From Macrostomum lignano (Eukaryota), in NCBI GenBank assembly GCA_002269645.1, contig NIVC01005011.1, positions 1 to 28,612 of the forward strand: 28,612 nt of DNA, written 5' to 3'. The notes beneath the pieces are model-generated. The model did not search any database. It had not been told where the DNA came from and worked only from the letters and a program-made list of their open reading frames with translations. The position numbers and the translations under genes were made by a program. Shown here one piece after another: positions 23,613-28,612 of this stretch; positions within the stretch are counted from its first letter, which is position 1, and each line of letters starts with the position of its first letter.

Positions 23613-23717
23613 ATGCGTCCATGCCTTGTATATATTGTTCTTTTTAGCGCTGGATTTATTTTTTCCACTGGCTTGGTTCAGGGAAAGAGAGTGTCTGGAA
23701 CGCTTTCTGGAGACGTT
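23613..23717 (+). CDS. TMEM145: TMEM145 exon 1 (signal peptide, GKRVSGTL)
   Basis: ATG MRPCLVYIVLFSAGFIFSTGLVQGKRVSGTLSGDV; 105 bp; donor GTAAGT. Confidence 0.75.
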
Positions 23718-24060
23718 GTAAGTTTTTATAAGAAAAAGAAGCTATGTTTTTTTCTGCGGTAGACAATGTTAAATTTTATGATTTATTATATATTGAAGTA
23801 AACTATTCAATAAATAGTTACATCCAGGTATTTAACGCGAAGTCTACTTTAAAGAAATAAAGGACTTTCTATTCGTGGCAAATAACTTCTTTAAAAAGCA
23901 TTACATACTTATGCATTCATATCTCGGAAAATTGTCAAATTTCAAGAAAAACTGCCAAAAAATTTGTTTCTTTAAAAATTTGTGCAAAGAAAAGTAACTT
24001 TTGAAATATTTGCTGCACAAAAGCATAATCATTCCTAAATATCACCTACAATAATTTTAG

Positions 24061-24135
24061 AATTGGAAATTTTTGACTAGATTCTGCTTCCTTAACAAGG
24101 ATGGAACATTACAATTTGAATTTAAATACCCCAGG
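24061..24135 (+). CDS. TMEM145: TMEM145 exon 2
   Basis: TTTTAG| NWKFLTRFCFLNKDGTLQFEFKYPR |GTAAG; compare human DWVFLTRFCFL. Confidence 0.9.
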
Positions 24136-24215
24136 GTAAGAGAGAGATTGTATTGCTGTTTGAATAAACAGTGTCTTGCAACTGTTTTACTCTAAATAAT
24201 TCATATTAACTGCAG

Positions 24216-24293
24216 GGATTCAAGACGCAAAGCCTTCTTCTCTACTGGGACAAGCCAAACCTATGGAAATCTGCTTATACTAACAAAAGCATG
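24216..24293 (+). CDS. TMEM145: TMEM145 exon 3
   Basis: TGCAG| GFKTQSLLLYWDKPNLWKSAYTNKSM |GTAAG. Confidence 0.85.
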
Positions 24294-24387
24294 GTAAGAA
24301 AAATGCAAGCAAATGTACAGCATCACATCCAATTACATTGCAATTTCTTTATGAATTCTAACAAATAATTTCGTAAAACAATGGCAG

Positions 24388-24570
24388 ACCTGCGAGCAAA
24401 AAGAGGGCCTGCTAGACGTTAAAAGCAATCAGATATTCCGCTTAAACACGAGCCTGTCAATGTGCAACATGGAGAATGGCACAATTGTGTGCAAGACTGA
24501 GCGTATCCGGTTTATATCGGCCCGAGAGCGCTGGTGGTACCTCGCCATCTCAAACTGCGCATCAAAGATT
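24388..24570 (+). CDS. TMEM145: TMEM145 exon 4
   Basis: GGCAG| TCEQKE...FISARERWWYLAISNCASKI |GTGAG; family motif RERWWY. Confidence 0.92.
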
Positions 24571-24655
24571 GTGAGAAAAAATCCCATAGCCCGCTGAGTC
24601 ACATAGAAATCAAATTAACATTGAAAATAGCATTAAAAACTTCAACTTTAACCAG

Positions 24656-24740
24656 GGCCTCTATCTGCGCTACGATGTTGTCATGCGGAATGGAGAACCG
24701 GGCGAGTTCTTCCGTGAGCACTTCTCCGCTGATGAGCTGT
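24656..24740 (+). CDS. TMEM145: TMEM145 exon 5
   Basis: ACCAG| GLYLRYDVVMRNGEPGEFFREHFSADEL |GTAAG; family motif HFSADE. Confidence 0.92.
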
Positions 24741-24947
24741 GTAAGCCAAAAAACTGTTGTTAATGTTTTTAATTATTTAATGGTGATCTGGTCTCAGTGA
24801 TGCAACTATTGCCAATTTATTAGTAGAAAATCCGATAACTTCCTACCGTGATAGCTGATAGTGCACTTTGCAGTCAAAAAACCGACCTTTAGTGTAATTT
24901 TTACGATTTGTGATGCTTTTTTTATTTTCAATCCCCTTCTTCCGCAG

Positions 24948-25019
24948 ACATTCTGGAGTTTAACATCGCTGCGTTCTTCGTTGAACTGGTCATGATGATT
25001 CTTGTCATAGTCGTGAGCG
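24948..25019 (+). CDS. TMEM145: TMEM145 exon 6
   Basis: CCGCAG| (Y)ILEFNIAAFFVELVMMILVIVVS |GTGAGT; phase 1-1; first transmembrane helix. Confidence 0.88.
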
Positions 25020-25094
25020 GTGAGTAAAGTAAAATAGAATTCATATCGTTCTTGTAGAGTCAATCAATATGTCACCTTAAACATTTCCTTTCAG

Positions 25095-25244
25095 TCAAAC
25101 TAGCCGACATTCAGATGTTTCATTCGACCTACAAGATCTTCCTGTCATCTGTGGTATTCTTCTTTGCCTCAATCATCGTGACCTGCAGTGCCTACCTGAG
25201 CTATGCGTCATTCGGCTACGAAAATTCCGGGCTCAAAAACCTTG
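25095..25244 (+). CDS. TMEM145: TMEM145 exon 7
   Basis: TTTCAG| (V)KLADIQMFHSTYKIFLSSV...YENSGLKNL |GTGAGT; compare human LLHTTYKMF. Confidence 0.9.
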
Positions 25245-25261
25245 GTGAGTAAATTGAAAGA

Positions 25262-25845
25262 GAAGTGGTCTGCTCTCGGCTCACTCTTCCCTAATACACC
25301 TGAAGTGGTCTGCTCTCCGCTCACTCTTCCCTAATACACCTGAAGTGGTCTGCTCTCCGCTCACTCTTCCCTAATACACCTGAAGTGGTCTGCTCTCCGC
25401 TCACTCTTCCCTAATACACCTGAAGTGGTCTGCTCTCCGCTCACTCTTCCCTAATACACCTGAAGTGGTCTGCTCTCCGCTCACTCTTCCCTAATACACC
25501 TGAAGTGGTCTGCTCTCCGCTCACTCTTCCCTAATACACCTGAAGTGGTCTGCTCTCGGCTCACTCTTCCCTAGTACACCTGAAGTGTTCTGCTCTCGGC
25601 TCACTCTTCCCTAGTACACCTGAAGTGTTCTGCTCTCGGCTCACTCTTCCCTAGTACACCTGAAGTGTTCTGCTCTCGGCTCACTCTTCCCTAGTACACC
25701 TGAAGTGTTCTGCTCTCGGCTCACTCTTCCCTAGTACACCTGAAGTGTTCTGCTCTCGGCTCACTCTTCCCTAGTACACCTGAAGTGTTCTGCTCTCGGC
25801 TCACTCTTCCCTAGTACACCTGAAGTGGTCTGTTCTCCGCTCTAC
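25262..25845. repeat. 40-bp minisatellite (GAAGTGGTCTGCTCTCCGCTCACTCTTCCCTAATACACCT)n in TMEM145 intron 7
   Basis: About 14.5 units in two variant blocks. Confidence 0.95.
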
Positions 25846-25896
25846 TTAGAAGTTTTCTACTCTAAAAGCCCACTCCTACACTCAATCGCCCCGAAG

Positions 25897-26423
25897 GCAC
25901 CGGGATGTACGCGATCTCTCAGATCCTGATGGTGCTCATGCTGCTGCTGCTCAGCCTTGGCTACACTGTTGTCTGCGGTCGTCTGCCTCACTGGGGCGCC
26001 ATCTGCCTGTCCGTATTTATGACCTCCTTTTCCATCGCCTACATCGCTCTGTACATCGTCGAGGCCGTGACCTTTGACGCAGCTCTGGTGCTGTACCGAT
26101 ACGAGAGCTCGCCCGGCTACGGACTCATGGCCGTCATTCTGGCATGCTGGCTGTTCTACGTGGGCTGCAGCATCTTCACAATGTCCAAGCACAAGAAGAA
26201 GGTCGTCTTCTACACTCCGATGCTCGTCTTCTACAGCTTGTGGTTCATCGCCATTCCAATCACAGTGGCCGTGAACATCAACCAGGTGCCTGACTACATG
26301 CGGGCCAAGGTTGTAAACTTCATCGAGGTCATCAGCCTGTTCTTGGCTCACCTGTTCTACCTGATTCTGACGTGGCCGAGTTTGGCCAACAAGAATTTTC
26401 CATTCCACATCAGGACAACCCAG
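25897..26423 (+). CDS. TMEM145: TMEM145 exon 8 (multi-TM GPR180/TMEM145 domain)
   Basis: LGYTVVCGRL...LYRYESSPGYG...FYTPMLVFYSLWF...LTWPSLANKNFPFHIRTTQ |GTGAGT; compare human TRPSAANKNFPYHVRTS. Acceptor CCGAAG| inferred from phase. Confidence 0.92.
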
Positions 26424-27061
26424 GTGAGTGCCTCATTTACAGTGTAAATTGCGTTAAAAGCAAATTTCTGAAAGGAACTACATGGTGTTTAGAAATTCAC
26501 TTAGTAGCTGTGCTTAAACCGTCTGAGGCCTGCTTTAGACTCTCCTGCCTTTTCAATTCTCTATTTCTGTTCTCTCGAAATTTTGGATTCTGCACTCTGC
26601 TTTGTTTGAACAAATTTTTTTTCTCTACCCCATACCAGAGAGTCCGAGTCTAAGTCTGGGTCTTTGAGCTGAGCTCACTTAAGGCTTAAGGCCCATTGTC
26701 CCAGTCTGCGTCAGACAGTGCAATGAATGTGTGTTTGTCTGCTCACTGGTTTTCCAAGTAGCTATTGCTCAGCTTGCTCTCTTCTAAACTATACATTTCC
26801 ACGTAGTCAGGCTCGGGGTAAATCGGAATTTTAAATGCAAAGCGCGACAATTAAGGGCTATACTCGTAGTTTGGCTAGTCGTCCAGAGCACACTTTATAG
26901 CCGCTTCAGCTTGGTCGGGCTCTTTCTACTTTCTGACATAACGATTTCCATTAGGCTGCTGATTCTGGCGGTAATTATAGTGCAAATTTTGAGAATGCGA
27001 ACATCTGTCGTGAATCTGTAACCTAGTGTCTCCCTGTCAAGTTTAAAAGGGTGCCAGTTAC

Positions 27062-27905
27062 CCTGTCCTCAACACCGTAGGATGCTCTGCCCTCAACACC
27101 GTAGGATGCTCTGCCCTCAACACCGTGTAGGATGCTCTGCCCTCAACACCGTAGGATGCTCTGCCCTCAACACCGTAGGATGCTCTGCCCTCAACACCGT
27201 AGGATGCTCTGCCCTCAACACCGTAGGATGCTCTGCCCTCAACACCGTAGGATGCTCTGCCCTCAACACCGTAGGATGCTCTGCCCTCAACACCATAGGA
27301 TGCTCTGCCCTAAACACCGTAGGATGCTCTGCCCTCAACACCGTAGGATGCTCTGCCCTCAACACCGTAAGATGCTCTGCCCTCAACACCGTAGGATGCT
27401 CTGCCCTCAACACCGTAGGATGCTCTGCCCTCAACACCGTAGGATGCTCTGCCCTCAACACCCGTAGGTTGCTCTGCCCTCAAAACCGTAGGATGCTCTG
27501 CCCTCAACACCATAGGATGCTCTGCCCTCAACACCGTAGGATGCTCTGCCCTCAACACCATAGGATGCTCTGCCCTCAACACCGTAGGATGCTCTGCCCT
27601 CAACACCATAGATGCTCTGCCCTCAACACCATAGGATGCTCCGCCCTCAACACCGTAGGATGCTCTGCCCTCAACACCGTAGGATGCTCTGCCCTCAACA
27701 CGGTAGATGCGCTGCCCTCAACACCGTAGGATGCTCTGCCCTCAACACCGTAGGATGCTCTGCCCTCAACACCGTAGATGCTCTGCCTCAACACCGTAGG
27801 ATGCTCTGCCCTCAACACCGTAGGATGCTCTGCCCTCAACACCGTAGGATGCTCTGCCCTCAACACCGTAGGATGCTCTGCCCTCAACACGGTAGATGCG
27901 CTGCC
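27062..27905. repeat. 24-bp minisatellite (GTAGGATGCTCTGCCCTCAACACC)n in TMEM145 intron 8
   Basis: About 35 units; source of the MLCPQHRR ORFs. Confidence 0.96.
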
Positions 27906-28017
27906 CTAGCTAGATGTTTAACGTGTTATGAACCAAATTGAAATAAAAACCCAAAGCCTTCGATTTGAAAAATCAAAATGCTCCAATAACTCAATTATGC
28001 ACCAATATTCTTTACAG

Positions 28018-28612
28018 ATCGACGTCATCAGTTTCGAAGTGGCCACACAGATGGCGGACAAAGAGGAGTCAGAGGCCAACAAGGAATCCGGCGACCTCGC
28101 AGACGGACGCCAGTTCACGGACTTCTCCATCTTCACGGTGCCAGACCAGCGTCAGAGTTATGTCCCAGCGGTTTCTGCTGCTGCTGCAAGCACAGGGTTT
28201 GGTTTTGGTGGCGCTGACGGCGTCGGCGGAAGCGGCGACAGTGACTGGGACTCAGGCGTCATGCTGCCGACGCCAGTCGCCGCCGATACCGTTTCTGAGT
28301 CCGCCTCGCCGGCTGGAAGCGTCTCCAGGGCAGCCCGGCTGGTTGAGAACGACGCCGGATTAAATTTCAACTCGTACGACATCGCGGACGGGGCGGACAC
28401 CGAGGACCGTCCGGTTGCGGCGGCGGCTTCTAACGAAGATCAGCATGACAACGTTCAGAGTGAGACTTCGTCGCTGCAGCAGCCGCCACTGACTGATGAC
28501 GACGCTTCTGCGTCCGACAGAGAGGCCGACGCTGCGCAGCCACCTGACTGGATGCGCGGGGGGCCGCTGGGTGGCGGCGGCGCTGGTCGCGGCGGTACGC
28601 TGCCACCAATCT
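28018..28612 (+). CDS. TMEM145: TMEM145 exon 9 (acidic low-complexity C-terminal tail), running off the window
   Basis: TTCTTTACAG| IDVISFEVATQMADKEES... in phase 0, open for 198 codons with no stop before the window end. Confidence 0.8.
   Translation, partial: MDVISFEVATQMADKEESEANKESGDLADGRQFTDFSIFTVPDQRQSYVPAVSAAAASTGFGFGGADGVGGSGDSDWDSGVMLPTPVAADTVSESASPAGSVSRAARLVENDAGLNFNSYDIADGADTEDRPVAAAASNEDQHDNVQSETSSLQQPPLTDDDASASDREADAAQPPDWMRGGPLGGGGAGRGGTLPPI

Overview
Eukaryotic (animal) genomic DNA, with no bacterial features. GC-rich exons, spliceosomal introns and many minisatellites suggest an invertebrate assembly. It resembles the flatworm Macrostomum, but that is inference only. Three genes are supported. 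(1) A two-exon Six3/6 (optix-type) homeobox gene on + (3402-4141 and 9270-9654). Exon 1 has two compensating 1-nt frameshifts, and the 5.1-kb intron holds three tandem arrays. (2) An intronless, divergent class A 7TM receptor on - (20810-22003). (3) TMEM145 on + (nine exons, 23613 to the window end). The rest contains about 15 mini/microsatellite arrays, two copies of a MITE-like element whose internal minisatellite carries E2F-type sites, and a tRNA-derived SINE with a CORE (MIR-like) domain. Nearly all long ORFs in the supplied track are repeat translations.
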